In this document: one piece after another, positions 1 to 8,789 of the stretch | Numbering within the stretch: the first letter of the stretch is position 1 | How the letters are laid out: each line of letters opens with the position of its first letter | From: an uncultured Trueperaceae bacterium | GTDB taxonomy: Bacteria > Deinococcota > Deinococci > Deinococcales > Trueperaceae | Direction: 5' to 3' | Length of the DNA: 64,000 bases | Assembly: GCA_963799485.1 (NCBI GenBank) | Contig: CAWCXJ010000004.1 | Location: forward strand, 1-64,000 | The notes under the pieces: model-generated | The model's database searches: none | The model's input: only the letters and a program-made list of their open reading frames with translations | What the model was told of the DNA's origin: nothing | Translations under genes and position numbers: made by a program

Positions 1-261
1 TAAGGTATTGGCTTATACGGTGTTAGCGCGTTCCAAGCTGTGAAAAACAGGCTTTGCATGGCCCGGGCAAGCTCTGGTGCGCGGTTTGACGCTCCGCTCG
101 GAACGTAAGAATTTTTACTTCCCCGACGCCCTTAAAGCTAGAGAAGTTTTTAACAGTGCAACCGTCGCAGTGCGCCTCATAGTAGGAATACGGGGCCGTA
201 GAGCCTCGCGTTGTCACCTGTTTGGACCTGTTTAGGTAACGGCAGTGCGGAAAGGGACTCT

Positions 262-620
262 ATGGCAAAAATTACGTTTATCGACGACTCTTCGGCAACC
301 CTCGAGCTGCCCGCTTCGGTTCTCCGGGGCGAAGGGCGTACCGCGCAGATGCTCGCGCGCGGGGTCGGTGCTGAGACCAAGCTCTCCGAAGACGCGCCCA
401 ACCTCGTTTTGCTCGATGTGGTGATGACCGAACGCAACGGCTACGAATACTGCGCGCCTCAAAACGTCAGAGCGCGACCAAAACGGTTCCGGTCGTTATG
501 ATCAGCTCCAAAAGCGAAGATACCAACATCCGCTGGGATTTGCGTCAGGGTGCAGCGGACTATGTAACCAAACCCTTTACCCCTGCGACCGTTCTCGCGG
601 CGGTGCGAAAGCAGCTCTAG
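262..620 (+). pseudogene. PilH/CheY-like single-domain response regulator, frameshifted near 447
   Basis: MAKITFIDDS...LVLLDVVMTERNGYE in one frame continues in another as ILRASKRQSATKTVPVVMISSKSEDTNIRWDLRQGAADYVTKPFTPATVLAAVRKQL*; together a full receiver domain. Confidence 0.85.
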
Positions 621-621
621 G

Positions 622-921
622 ATGGCCTACGTTGCCTCCCGGCGGGCCTGTTATTTTCGCCTTGGCGAGCAGCTGCTCGCGCTCGGCAGTGAACACCTGC
701 GCCAGATTGTCGCGGTGGGCAGCGTCACCGGCGTTCCCAGAGGTCGACGAGACCAAACTCCTGGGCTCTTCAAGCCGGACGGTCGCCACCCGCGCCCGCG
801 CGGGCTTCAACCAACCGGGACAGGCACAGAGGCGGTGTCGAAAGGCCTGCTGAGCGGCGCAACCTATCCTCATACGCCCGGCGTTTACGCCGTGGGCACA
901 CACAGTGAGTTGGGCGGATGA
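622..921 (+). pseudogene. CheW-like protein, N-terminal fragment
   Basis: ACYFRLGEQLLALGSEHLRQIVAVGSVTGVPR resembles the start of CheW; similarity is lost after about 740; follows the PilH-like gene. Confidence 0.6.
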
Positions 922-1670
922 TCCGGGTTCTCGTCGTTACGGCTGACCCGGCCCAGTCGCGCGCGCTGTCGGAGGGTTTTCGCGCAGCCTTCGCCGAGCG
1001 GCTGCATTTGGAGGTCGTCGGTGCGCTCTACGCGCTGACCAGTCTAGAGCGGCACCAAGTCGATTTGATTGTGAGCAGCGAGACGCCCGAGGACATGACC
1101 GCACGCGATCTCTGTGACCTCATCAGCGACGACGCGGCGCTTCGTCAGCTGCCCTTTATCTTGCTCTCGGAAGCGGGCGGCGACCTCGTGTTGCCGGATC
1201 ATCAGCTCGTGTTGGCGGCGCAGGCGAGCCCCGCCGAAGTGCTCGCCGCCGCGTTTACCCTGCTGCTTTCTGCGGGCAAGCTCAGCGAAACCCCGCCACG
1301 CGACCCCTTTGAAAGCCGTTACGAACCTCGTGCGGTAAAGATAAGCGGAACGCTCGAGGCGCTGACCCTGTTCGACCTGGCGGTGTCGCTCGGTCAAGGG
1401 AAACGTTCGGGGCGACTTGTCGTGCTAAGCGGCGACCTCGAGGGCACGCTCTACCTTGAAGCGGGCCGCCTGATCCACGCGGCGCTCGCCGAGGCCACAG
1501 GTGAGGACGCCGTGCAGGAGATTTTTGCGCGGGTTCACCATGAACCCAAAACCCGGTTTTTGTTTGCAGACGGGTTGCCCCACAAAATGCCGAAAACCAT
1601 CCGCACCTCGCTCGACAAACTCCTGCTTCAGGTCGCCGTAAACCTCGATGAAGAGAGCGTTCCAGCTTGA
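918..1670 (+). CDS. Degenerate receiver domain + DUF4388 (PATAN) domain protein
   Basis: N-terminal REC-like fold without canonical Asp; C-terminal ISGTLEALTLFDLAVSLGQGKRSGRL...GTLYLEAGRLIHA typical of DUF4388. Confidence 0.75.
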   Translation: MIRVLVVTADPAQSRALSEGFRAAFAERLHLEVVGALYALTSLERHQVDLIVSSETPEDMTARDLCDLISDDAALRQLPFILLSEAGGDLVLPDHQLVLAAQASPAEVLAAAFTLLLSAGKLSETPPRDPFESRYEPRAVKISGTLEALTLFDLAVSLGQGKRSGRLVVLSGDLEGTLYLEAGRLIHAALAEATGEDAVQEIFARVHHEPKTRFLFADGLPHKMPKTIRTSLDKLLLQVAVNLDEESVPA

Positions 1671-1829
1671 CACCTATCAATCCGTTCTTACTTGTTTCGC
1701 AGATGCTTTAACAACCTGTGCCCTCCGGCTATCTGTCCGGTAGAGGGTGCTGGCTGCTGAACTATCTCGACGGCTCGAGTGTCGCCTGAAAACAAGCTAG
1801 GGCCGGGCCGGAGCAGGTTAAATAGACAG

Positions 1830-2054
1830 ATGATTCAAAAACGCTACTTTATCGCCCGCATTTATGCCAACTACGACGAAGCGGTAAGGACTATCGACCT
1901 TATGGGTGAACACGGTGACCCCGACAAAGCCGAACGCGAGCGTCAAGGGCTTAACCGCGCGGGCAAACTCGCTGAGAACACCAGCCTCATTGTGACGGCG
2001 GGCCGGAATTGGGCCGAGGCGGAGCAGGAACTCAAGGCCAGACTAGGCGATTAG
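1830..2054 (+). CDS. Hypothetical protein
   Basis: Open frame with protein-like composition (MIQKRYFIARIYANYDEA...); start uncertain (1779 or 1830). Confidence 0.45.
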   Translation: MIQKRYFIARIYANYDEAVRTIDLMGEHGDPDKAERERQGLNRAGKLAENTSLIVTAGRNWAEAEQELKARLGD

Positions 2055-2112
2055 TAGCGCCGGCATAAATCGCCCGCATTTACGTGCTACACTCGTTTGC
2101 GTGAGGTAAAAT

Positions 2113-2346
2113 GTGGCAACGCGAAACACCGCTTCAGCCTTTCCTGAAGAGATGCTCCGGGAAGTCAAGGTTATTGCGGCAAAACGGGGTACGTCGGTTT
2201 CGGCGATGCTGCGTGAGAAGCTCGAGGCTCTGGCCACGGACGCGAGCGACTACGAAGTGGCGCGCCGGGAGTTTATGAACGTTGCCAGTAAAGGCTTTGA
2301 GCTAGGGGCACACGGGCAAGCCGACTGGACTAGAGACGATTCATGA
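2113..2346 (+). CDS. Ribbon-helix-helix antitoxin (CopG/DUF6364-like)
   Basis: EEMLREVKVIAAKRGTSVSAMLREKL pattern; ATGA overlap with a PIN-like start. Confidence 0.7.
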   Translation: MATRNTASAFPEEMLREVKVIAAKRGTSVSAMLREKLEALATDASDYEVARREFMNVASKGFELGAHGQADWTRDDS

Positions 2347-2390
2347 GCGCTAAAGCGTTCGTCGATAGCAACGTTTTTACTTATCTTTAG
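2343..2390 (+). pseudogene. Truncated PIN/VapC toxin (15 codons)
   Basis: MSAKAFVDSNVFTYL* matches the PIN N-terminal FVDTN motif; coupled to the antitoxin stop. Confidence 0.65.
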
Positions 2391-2941
2391 TTAAACACAT
2401 TCCGGTAAATTTGCGGCAAACTCAGATAACCACCCAAGCACGGCAACGGAATATCCCCGTCGCCGGTCAGGTCTTCTTGTTGCCAGCGCCGCGCTTCGTC
2501 AACCCAAAACCGCCGCACCGCTAACCGCTCCGCCTCGACAATCAAGTACGTCTGTACGCTCGGCAAGCTTTTATACGCGGTCAGTTTTTCGCGCAGATCG
2601 GTGTTTTTCGTACTTGGCGATAGAACTTCGACCAAGATACACGGTTCGGTTTCAAAAAAAGGGTCGGGCTCGTCTTTGCCGCATACCGCCATCACGTCCG
2701 GGTAGTAAAAAACACTGGCTTCTGTGCGGAGTTTCATGCCTTCTTGATAGATACGGCACGGTTTGCTCTGTGCCAGCTGCAGAAAATGGGCGGCGATGTT
2801 CAGAGAAATGCGGTTATGGCGACTGGTGCCACCTGCCAAAGCGTAGATATAACCGTTGACATATTCATGGCGCACATCGCCTTTTTGTTCACACGCCAGG
2901 TATTCTTCAACCGACATGGTGGGCACGGAAAGCTCGAGCAT
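2387..2941 (-). CDS. Uma2 family (DUF820) endonuclease-like protein
   Basis: RHEYVNGYIYALAGGTSRHNRI, YYPDVMAVC, ILVEVLSPST motifs. Confidence 0.9.
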   Translation of the reverse strand: MLELSVPTMSVEEYLACEQKGDVRHEYVNGYIYALAGGTSRHNRISLNIAAHFLQLAQSKPCRIYQEGMKLRTEASVFYYPDVMAVCGKDEPDPFFETEPCILVEVLSPSTKNTDLREKLTAYKSLPSVQTYLIVEAERLAVRRFWVDEARRWQQEDLTGDGDIPLPCLGGYLSLPQIYRNVFN

Positions 2942-2990
2942 CCCCTATTCTAGCCGATAAGAGGGAGGGCTCGAGCTCTGGACTTTGCTT

Positions 2991-4118
2991 TTAGAGCGCA
3001 GCTTTATAGAGCTTGGTATCTTTCGACACGCTGACGTTCGTGCGTTTGTACGGCGCAACCGGGTTTAAGATATTGCGGCACTGCGGGTTGACGCAGCCGG
3101 GGCAGCGCAGCCCGTACTGGGTGCTGCACGCTTCACCTGTTTGCAGATGCTCGTGGACGATTTCGGCTAGAGCGTCCTGAAAAACCGGCAGACCGTTTAG
3201 TGCCGGAGCCCGTTTGAAGTTGGTGATGCCCGCCTTGTGCGCCACCTCGCCGTATTCGATATCGAGTTCGTGCAGCGTTTCGATGTGGTCGCTGGTAAAC
3301 GCGATTCCTACCACGAGAACGTTCCGGCGCTTTTTCTTGCCTAAGTCTTCGATGACCTTTTCCGTACTCGGCCCGAGCCAAGGCACCGGCCCCACATCCG
3401 ACTGATAGCTGATAATGTACTCGTGGCTGTACTCGAGGCGTTTCATCACCTCGTGGGTGCTCGCACCGATTTCGGCGGGGTAGGCGTCGCCCCGGTTGAT
3501 AACGTCGAGCGGGAGCGAGTGCGCGCTGAAGAGAATCAGCACGTCGTCGCGCTCGGTTTCTGAGAACCCCTCCAAACCCTGCTTTACAGTTTCCGTCATC
3601 GCTTCGATAAAACGCGGGTGCGTCGGCCAGCGGTCGATAACGCTCCACTCGAACTCGTTTTGCAAGCCGACATTTTTAGCCGCTCGCCAGAGTTCATTTA
3701 ACGACGAGCCCGTCGTCGAGCACGAAAACTGTGGGTACTGTGTAAAGGCCACGGCCCGCTTGACGCCGTCGGCTTTCATCTGCCGGAGCGCGTCCTCGCT
3801 AAACGGTTCGACGTAACGAAATGCGACGTAAAACTTGTGCGGCGCAGTCTCCGGCGACATTTTATCCAGGCGTTCACACATGCCGCGCCCCTGCTCCTCC
3901 GTCCACGCCAAGATGGGCGAGCCGCCGCCAATCTCGTCGTATTTTTGCTGGACGCTTTTGGTACGGCGTTTGGCAATATACGGGCCTAAAAACCGCTGTG
4001 CGGGGAGCTGAATAATTTCGCGGTCTTCAAATAGCTTGAGCAAAAACGGGCGAACGTCCTCGAGCGTCTTCGGGCCGCCCAGGTTCATCATCACAATTCC
4101 AGTCGGGCCTTGAGTCAT
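2991..4118 (-). CDS. hemH: Ferrochelatase, eukaryote-like with C-terminal [2Fe-2S] Cys motif
   Basis: MMNLGGP, IGGGSPI, YPQFSCSTTGSS, LFSAHSLP, WLGPST, FTSDHIETLHELD; tail CSTQYGLRCPGCVNPQC. Confidence 0.95.
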   Translation of the reverse strand: MTQGPTGIVMMNLGGPKTLEDVRPFLLKLFEDREIIQLPAQRFLGPYIAKRRTKSVQQKYDEIGGGSPILAWTEEQGRGMCERLDKMSPETAPHKFYVAFRYVEPFSEDALRQMKADGVKRAVAFTQYPQFSCSTTGSSLNELWRAAKNVGLQNEFEWSVIDRWPTHPRFIEAMTETVKQGLEGFSETERDDVLILFSAHSLPLDVINRGDAYPAEIGASTHEVMKRLEYSHEYIISYQSDVGPVPWLGPSTEKVIEDLGKKKRRNVLVVGIAFTSDHIETLHELDIEYGEVAHKAGITNFKRAPALNGLPVFQDALAEIVHEHLQTGEACSTQYGLRCPGCVNPQCRNILNPVAPYKRTNVSVSKDTKLYKAAL

Positions 4119-4178
4119 GCTGTATTTTACCTGCTGCCCCGCAGGACTTATGCCCTTTGGCAGACCAATCTTTTGGGA

Positions 4179-5117
4179 TCAAGCTGCCTCGATTTCACTT
4201 GTCCAGTCCCGCGGTTGCAAAAACGTAAGCATCTCCGCTTCGGGCGAGCCGGGTTCCGGCTGAACCTCAAACGCCCAGCGTGCGTAAGGCGGCAAAGACA
4301 TCAAGATCGCCTCGATGTGTCCACCGGTTTGCAGACCGAAGGTAGTGCCCCGGTCGTATACCAGATTGAATTCTGCGTAGCGCCCACGCCGTAAAAGCTG
4401 CCACTGCCGTTCGCGCTCGCCGTAAAACGCACTTTTACGGCGTTCTAAAATGGGTAGATAAAGCTCAGAAAGCGTCTCTACGCCGTCCTCTACGAAAGCA
4501 AAATCGGTCTCGAAGTCGTTTTGCCCGACCGGCGACAGCTCATCGAAGAAAATGCCGCCGATACCGCGCATTTCACGGCGGTGTTTGATATAGAAGTAGT
4601 CGTCGCAGGTTTTTTTGAGCGTAGCGTAGTCGCCGACCGAGTGCCGGTCGCACTGCGCCTTGAGCGTCCGGTGAAAATGCACGGCGTCTTCGGCAAAGGG
4701 ATAATTGGGCGTCATGTCCGCGCCGCCGCCGAACCACCAGACGTCGCTCTCGTCCCCTTCGTTCCCGACTTCAAAGTAGCGGTAGTTCGCGTGAAAGGCC
4801 GGGGCGTAGGGATTGCGCGGGTGAAAGACCATCGACAAACCGGTGGCAAAGTAGGGTTTGCCTGCGCTGCCGGGGTGTGAGGCGGCGAGGCTCGTCGGCA
4901 CCGCAGCGCCGTGGACGGCGGAAAAGTTGATTCCGGCGCGCTCGAGCACCTGACCGCCCTCTAAGACTCGGGCCGTGCCCCCGCCCCCACCGGGTCGTTC
5001 CCAGCTGTGTACGCCAAAATTTGCGGTAGCGTCTAGCGCCTCAAACGCTGCGATAAGCCGCGCCTGTCCTGCCTGCAAGGTCTCGACTACGCGGTTACGC
5101 CGTGAAACGGTCTTCAC
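4179..5117 (-). CDS. hemF: Oxygen-dependent coproporphyrinogen III oxidase
   Basis: HPRNPYAPAFHANYRYF, WWFGGGADMTP, RGIGGIFFD, RRGRYAEFNLVYDRGTTFGL. Confidence 0.95.
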   Translation of the reverse strand: MKTVSRRNRVVETLQAGQARLIAAFEALDATANFGVHSWERPGGGGGTARVLEGGQVLERAGINFSAVHGAAVPTSLAASHPGSAGKPYFATGLSMVFHPRNPYAPAFHANYRYFEVGNEGDESDVWWFGGGADMTPNYPFAEDAVHFHRTLKAQCDRHSVGDYATLKKTCDDYFYIKHRREMRGIGGIFFDELSPVGQNDFETDFAFVEDGVETLSELYLPILERRKSAFYGERERQWQLLRRGRYAEFNLVYDRGTTFGLQTGGHIEAILMSLPPYARWAFEVQPEPGSPEAEMLTFLQPRDWTSEIEAA

Positions 5118-5584
5118 CGCCCTGCCCCGAGGGTTTTACGGAAATGCACGAGTGTTTCACTAACCTCAAAACCCAACCGCAGATGTGCGTATTGGCTCCC
5201 TGCATTATGATTTTCCGTGTCCGAGGCGAGCTCGGTGCAGCCCTGCGCGTAAGCCCACCTCTCCGCCGCTGCCAAAAGCGCACCGCCAATACCGCGCCGC
5301 CGCGCTTTTGGCACCACAAACCACCCTTCAACGTAGGCCACGGGAGAAGACGTACACCCTTCGGCGTAAGCTCGCAAGCTCAGTTCGGTAAACCCCAGTT
5401 TCGTGGTCTCGCCGTAGATTAGAACCTCAGAGCTAAGTTGAGCACGGGCCAGTGGTGCGTGTTCTAGCAGCAGCTCGAGGTCGCGTCTATGTTCTGCCTC
5501 GCTACAAGCAGGCCAGAGGGCTGCCCGCAACAATAGCAGCTCAGGCAAGTCAGCTGCGGTCGCCTGGCGAACGGGTGAGTTCAC
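5114..5584 (-). CDS. GNAT acetyltransferase, AAC(6')-I-like
   Basis: LRAALWP, ELSLRAYAEGCTSSPVAYVEGWFV, GCTELASDTENHN...HLRLGFE...HFRK resemble chromosomal AAC(6')-Iy/Ic-type enzymes. Confidence 0.8.
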   Translation of the reverse strand: MNSPVRQATAADLPELLLLRAALWPACSEAEHRRDLELLLEHAPLARAQLSSEVLIYGETTKLGFTELSLRAYAEGCTSSPVAYVEGWFVVPKARRRGIGGALLAAAERWAYAQGCTELASDTENHNAGSQYAHLRLGFEVSETLVHFRKTLGAGR

Positions 5585-6606
5585 AGCGGAACCGGCTCCT
5601 GCGTCCGGTCAAACGCCCGCACCACGCCGAGCAGCTGCGTGACCCGCTCCGGGTCGGTCTGCCGCATGATGCCGTGGCCCAAATTGAAGATATGCGGCCC
5701 GCCCAGACCTTCACGGAGAACGCGTTCGGCTTCTGACTTCATGACATGCTCCGGGGCGAGTAAAACTGCCGGCTCGAGGTTGCCTTGCAGCACCTTGCCG
5801 GGCAGAAGCGGGCGCACCTGTGAGAGCGGCGCGCGCCAGTCCACACTGACAACTTCGCACGGCAAAGCTTTAATCTCACCGTAAAGATGCAGCGCGTCTA
5901 CGGCGATGTACAAACGGGGGACGCCGCAGTCTGCTAAAGCCTCAAAGATGCGCGTGTTATACGGTTTGGCAAATTCTCGGTAAGTGCGGGCGTCGTGCAG
6001 GCCCGCCCACGAATCGAACAGTTGAACGGCCTGGGCCCCGGCTTCTATCTGCATTTTGAGATAACGAACCGAAACTTCGGTAAGTTTTTCTAGAAGCTTG
6101 TGTGCGGTCTCGGGAGCATACCGTAAAAACTGCCGAAATTCGTCGTAATCTTTGCTGCCGCCACCCTGCACAATGTAGGTTGCCAGTGTCAGCGGCGCGC
6201 CGCCGAACCCGATTAAAGGCGCGGGACTCTCGCTGCGAATCAGCCGGATGGCTTCAGCAACGTAAGGTGCAATCTCCCCCTGTTCCGGAACGACGAGTTT
6301 GTCTACCGCGTTCTCGCTACGAACGGGATGCTTAAAAACCGGGCCGGGAGAGAAGTCGATGTCCAAACCCATCGGCGGCAAGGGCGTCATGATGTCCTGA
6401 AACAAAATCGCGGCGTCGAGTCCAAACCGGCGAATCGGTTGCAGCGTAATTTCGGCGGCTAGCTCCGGGGTACGGCACATCTCCCAAAAGGTGTACTTTT
6501 CTTTGAGGGCGCGGTATTCAGGCAAGTAGCGTCCGGCCTGGCGCATAATCCAGATGGGGGCGTGCGGGGTGTTTGCGCCGTTGGCGGCGTCTAGAAAAAG
6601 GCTCAT
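5581..6606 (-). CDS. hemE: Uroporphyrinogen decarboxylase
   Basis: PIWIMRQAGRYLPEYR, DAAILFQDI, VQLFDSWAG, LQGNLEP, HIFNLGHGI. Confidence 0.97.
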   Translation of the reverse strand: MSLFLDAANGANTPHAPIWIMRQAGRYLPEYRALKEKYTFWEMCRTPELAAEITLQPIRRFGLDAAILFQDIMTPLPPMGLDIDFSPGPVFKHPVRSENAVDKLVVPEQGEIAPYVAEAIRLIRSESPAPLIGFGGAPLTLATYIVQGGGSKDYDEFRQFLRYAPETAHKLLEKLTEVSVRYLKMQIEAGAQAVQLFDSWAGLHDARTYREFAKPYNTRIFEALADCGVPRLYIAVDALHLYGEIKALPCEVVSVDWRAPLSQVRPLLPGKVLQGNLEPAVLLAPEHVMKSEAERVLREGLGGPHIFNLGHGIMRQTDPERVTQLLGVVRAFDRTQEPVPL

Positions 6607-6842
6607 GACTCAATTCTCTCAGGTCGGCGGGCGTGCTGCATAGCGTCTCGAGCACGCTTGACGTTTACCTTACGGGTAAGCCGGTTACATATCAAATCGC
6701 TGATGGCAGCTATGCCGCGCAGGTTCGTCCGTATTAAAAAGGCTCGCCTGTGCTTCTCAGCCCCTCGGAAAAGGGACACTCTGTTCGTTGCCCTCAGGGA
6801 TAAGCCCGGCTACCGGTTTACCTGCCAACTGCTTTGGACGAC

Positions 6843-7562
6843 TTATTTCTGGACGGCGTGCCCTTCCGGCGTAAACCGGTAGCCGACACCCCAGACTGTA
6901 TGAAAATAGCTCGGTTCTGCCGGGTCGGGTTCAAAAAGTCGCCGTAAACGCACCACAAAATTATCGACCGTCCGGCTGCTCGGAAACGCGTCGTCGCCCC
7001 ACACCTCGTCCAAGATATCGTCACGGCTGACGACCTCGCCCCGCCGTTTGCTGAGGAGTCTCAAGATTTTAAGCTCGCGCTCACTTAAGGGTTCCTCTTG
7101 CCCCCCCGCAAGCGTCGCCGTCCACGTCCGAAAATCTACCTTGTGACCGCCGAAACGGAGTGCGTCGTCCTTTTCCGGCACTCTGCTATCGCCCCAGCTC
7201 TGCCGTCGCAGCATGTTTTCGACGCGGAGCAAAAATTCAGGCAGGTGAAAGGGTTTGGGCAGGTAATCATCACCCCCGGCGCGGAGTCCCTGAACCCGGT
7301 CGTCGGCTTGACCCTTGGCGCTTAAAAAAAGCACGGGCGTGGTGTCGCCGCGTCCGCGCATGGTGCGGCACACTTCGTAGCCTGAGAGGTGCGGCAGCAT
7401 CACGTCTAGAATAACCAGGTTCGGATGCTCGTTTTGCCAGCAGCGCAGGCCGCTGCTGCCATCGGGTGCGTGCAGCGTGGTGTAACCTTCGTCTTGCAGG
7501 TTGTCGGCCAAGATGTCGGCGATGGGAGTTTCGTCTTCGATAATCAAAACAGTCGGGGCCAT
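6843..7562 (-). CDS. OmpR/PhoB family response regulator
   Basis: REC domain (IIEDE, LDVMLP, KPF) and winged helix (SRTVDNFVVRLRR, TVWGVGYRF). Confidence 0.95.
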   Translation of the reverse strand: MAPTVLIIEDETPIADILADNLQDEGYTTLHAPDGSSGLRCWQNEHPNLVILDVMLPHLSGYEVCRTMRGRGDTTPVLFLSAKGQADDRVQGLRAGGDDYLPKPFHLPEFLLRVENMLRRQSWGDSRVPEKDDALRFGGHKVDFRTWTATLAGGQEEPLSERELKILRLLSKRRGEVVSRDDILDEVWGDDAFPSSRTVDNFVVRLRRLFEPDPAEPSYFHTVWGVGYRFTPEGHAVQK

Positions 7563-7563
7563 A

Positions 7564-8733
7564 TCAGCTTTCTAAAGTGCGGGACTGAGGGGGGCGTTCG
7601 GATGATGCGGGTTTAGCAACTGCAGGCCGGCTCGAGCGCCGTGGCAAGACGATAGTAAAGCGGCTGCCGCGCCCGGTTTGTACGTCGAGCGGCGCGTCGC
7701 AGCGTACCCAGCCGTTCATCGCTTCGGTCATCGAGCGCACCAGATGCAGCCCCAGCCCGACACCTGAAGTCGCGCGCGTCAGCTCATCGCCGACGCGGTA
7801 AAAGGGATCGAAGATACGAGCTTTTTCAGTTTCACTCAGGCCGATACCGGCGTCTTCGACGTGAACAAGTGCCAGATGCCTTTGCGCCTCGAGCCTCACC
7901 TTTACGGTTTTACGGGTAGCGGGGCTGTACTTTACGGCGTTGTCGAGCAGGTTGCTTAAGACAATCCCGAACGCCGCCGGGTCGAGCGAGACGTTGAGCG
8001 TGTCCGCTGGGTAGTCGACGCTGAGCTGTGCGCCGCGCGCCTCGAGCCCGCTCCGTTCGCGTTCTATCACCCCGCGCACCACGGTGCCCAGGTCGGCGGG
8101 GGTGAGGGTGTGAACTGTAGGAGAATGCTCGAGCCTTGCCGACGCCAGTATCTGCTCACTCATCGCCTCTAGGCGCGTAACTTCGCGCTCCATCCGGCCC
8201 AGATAATCGCGCTGTTTTTCAGGTTTTAGAGGCCGGTAGAGCGCTGTTTCGACGAGCAGGCGGAGCGTGCTGATGGGCGTTTTGAACTCGTGCGACATCG
8301 CGTTCAAGAAGTTTTGCTGGCGTTTTTTGAGGTCGCGTTCGGCGCGCAAGCTTATGGCGATGATGTAAAGTCCGGCCAAGATAACGAGCGCGTAAAACGG
8401 GCCTTCGAAGGCGAACATCCGCAAATGGCGCGTCTGCTCGGCACGAAAGGCACGTAGGCGCGCCGGGTCGACCGTAAAGCGTCCGCCCGTAAAGCTCAAG
8501 TGCGGATACGCCTCTATAAGCTGCGCTTGGACGGACGGTTCAGGCCGCGCACGGTAGAGCAGGCCGGCAGTCGCCGCGTCACGCTCCCAAGCAGCAACGG
8601 TGTTCTCGGTTACGCGGCCTATATAGCGCTGCTGAAAGATAATCCACCACGTGACCTGGGCGAGCAAAAAAATTACGACAACGGCAAACGCGACCCGTGT
8701 GGCACGGTGAGAGGGGATACGGGAGCGCTTCAT
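7564..8733 (-). CDS. Membrane sensor histidine kinase
   Basis: Two TM segments; H-box SHEFKTP, N-box NLLDNAVKY, G boxes DAGIG and GVGLGL. Confidence 0.95.
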   Translation of the reverse strand: MKRSRIPSHRATRVAFAVVVIFLLAQVTWWIIFQQRYIGRVTENTVAAWERDAATAGLLYRARPEPSVQAQLIEAYPHLSFTGGRFTVDPARLRAFRAEQTRHLRMFAFEGPFYALVILAGLYIIAISLRAERDLKKRQQNFLNAMSHEFKTPISTLRLLVETALYRPLKPEKQRDYLGRMEREVTRLEAMSEQILASARLEHSPTVHTLTPADLGTVVRGVIERERSGLEARGAQLSVDYPADTLNVSLDPAAFGIVLSNLLDNAVKYSPATRKTVKVRLEAQRHLALVHVEDAGIGLSETEKARIFDPFYRVGDELTRATSGVGLGLHLVRSMTEAMNGWVRCDAPLDVQTGRGSRFTIVLPRRSSRPAVAKPASSERPPQSRTLES

Positions 8734-8789
8734 AAAGCTATTTTCTCACGGTCTGCTGCTCTTGGATGTTGTCCTCAACTGCGTCGTCT

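Noticed and set aside
6610..6800. Riboswitch upstream of hemE (GGGGCTGAGA resembles TPP)
   Set aside because: The remaining TPP aptamer core is absent.
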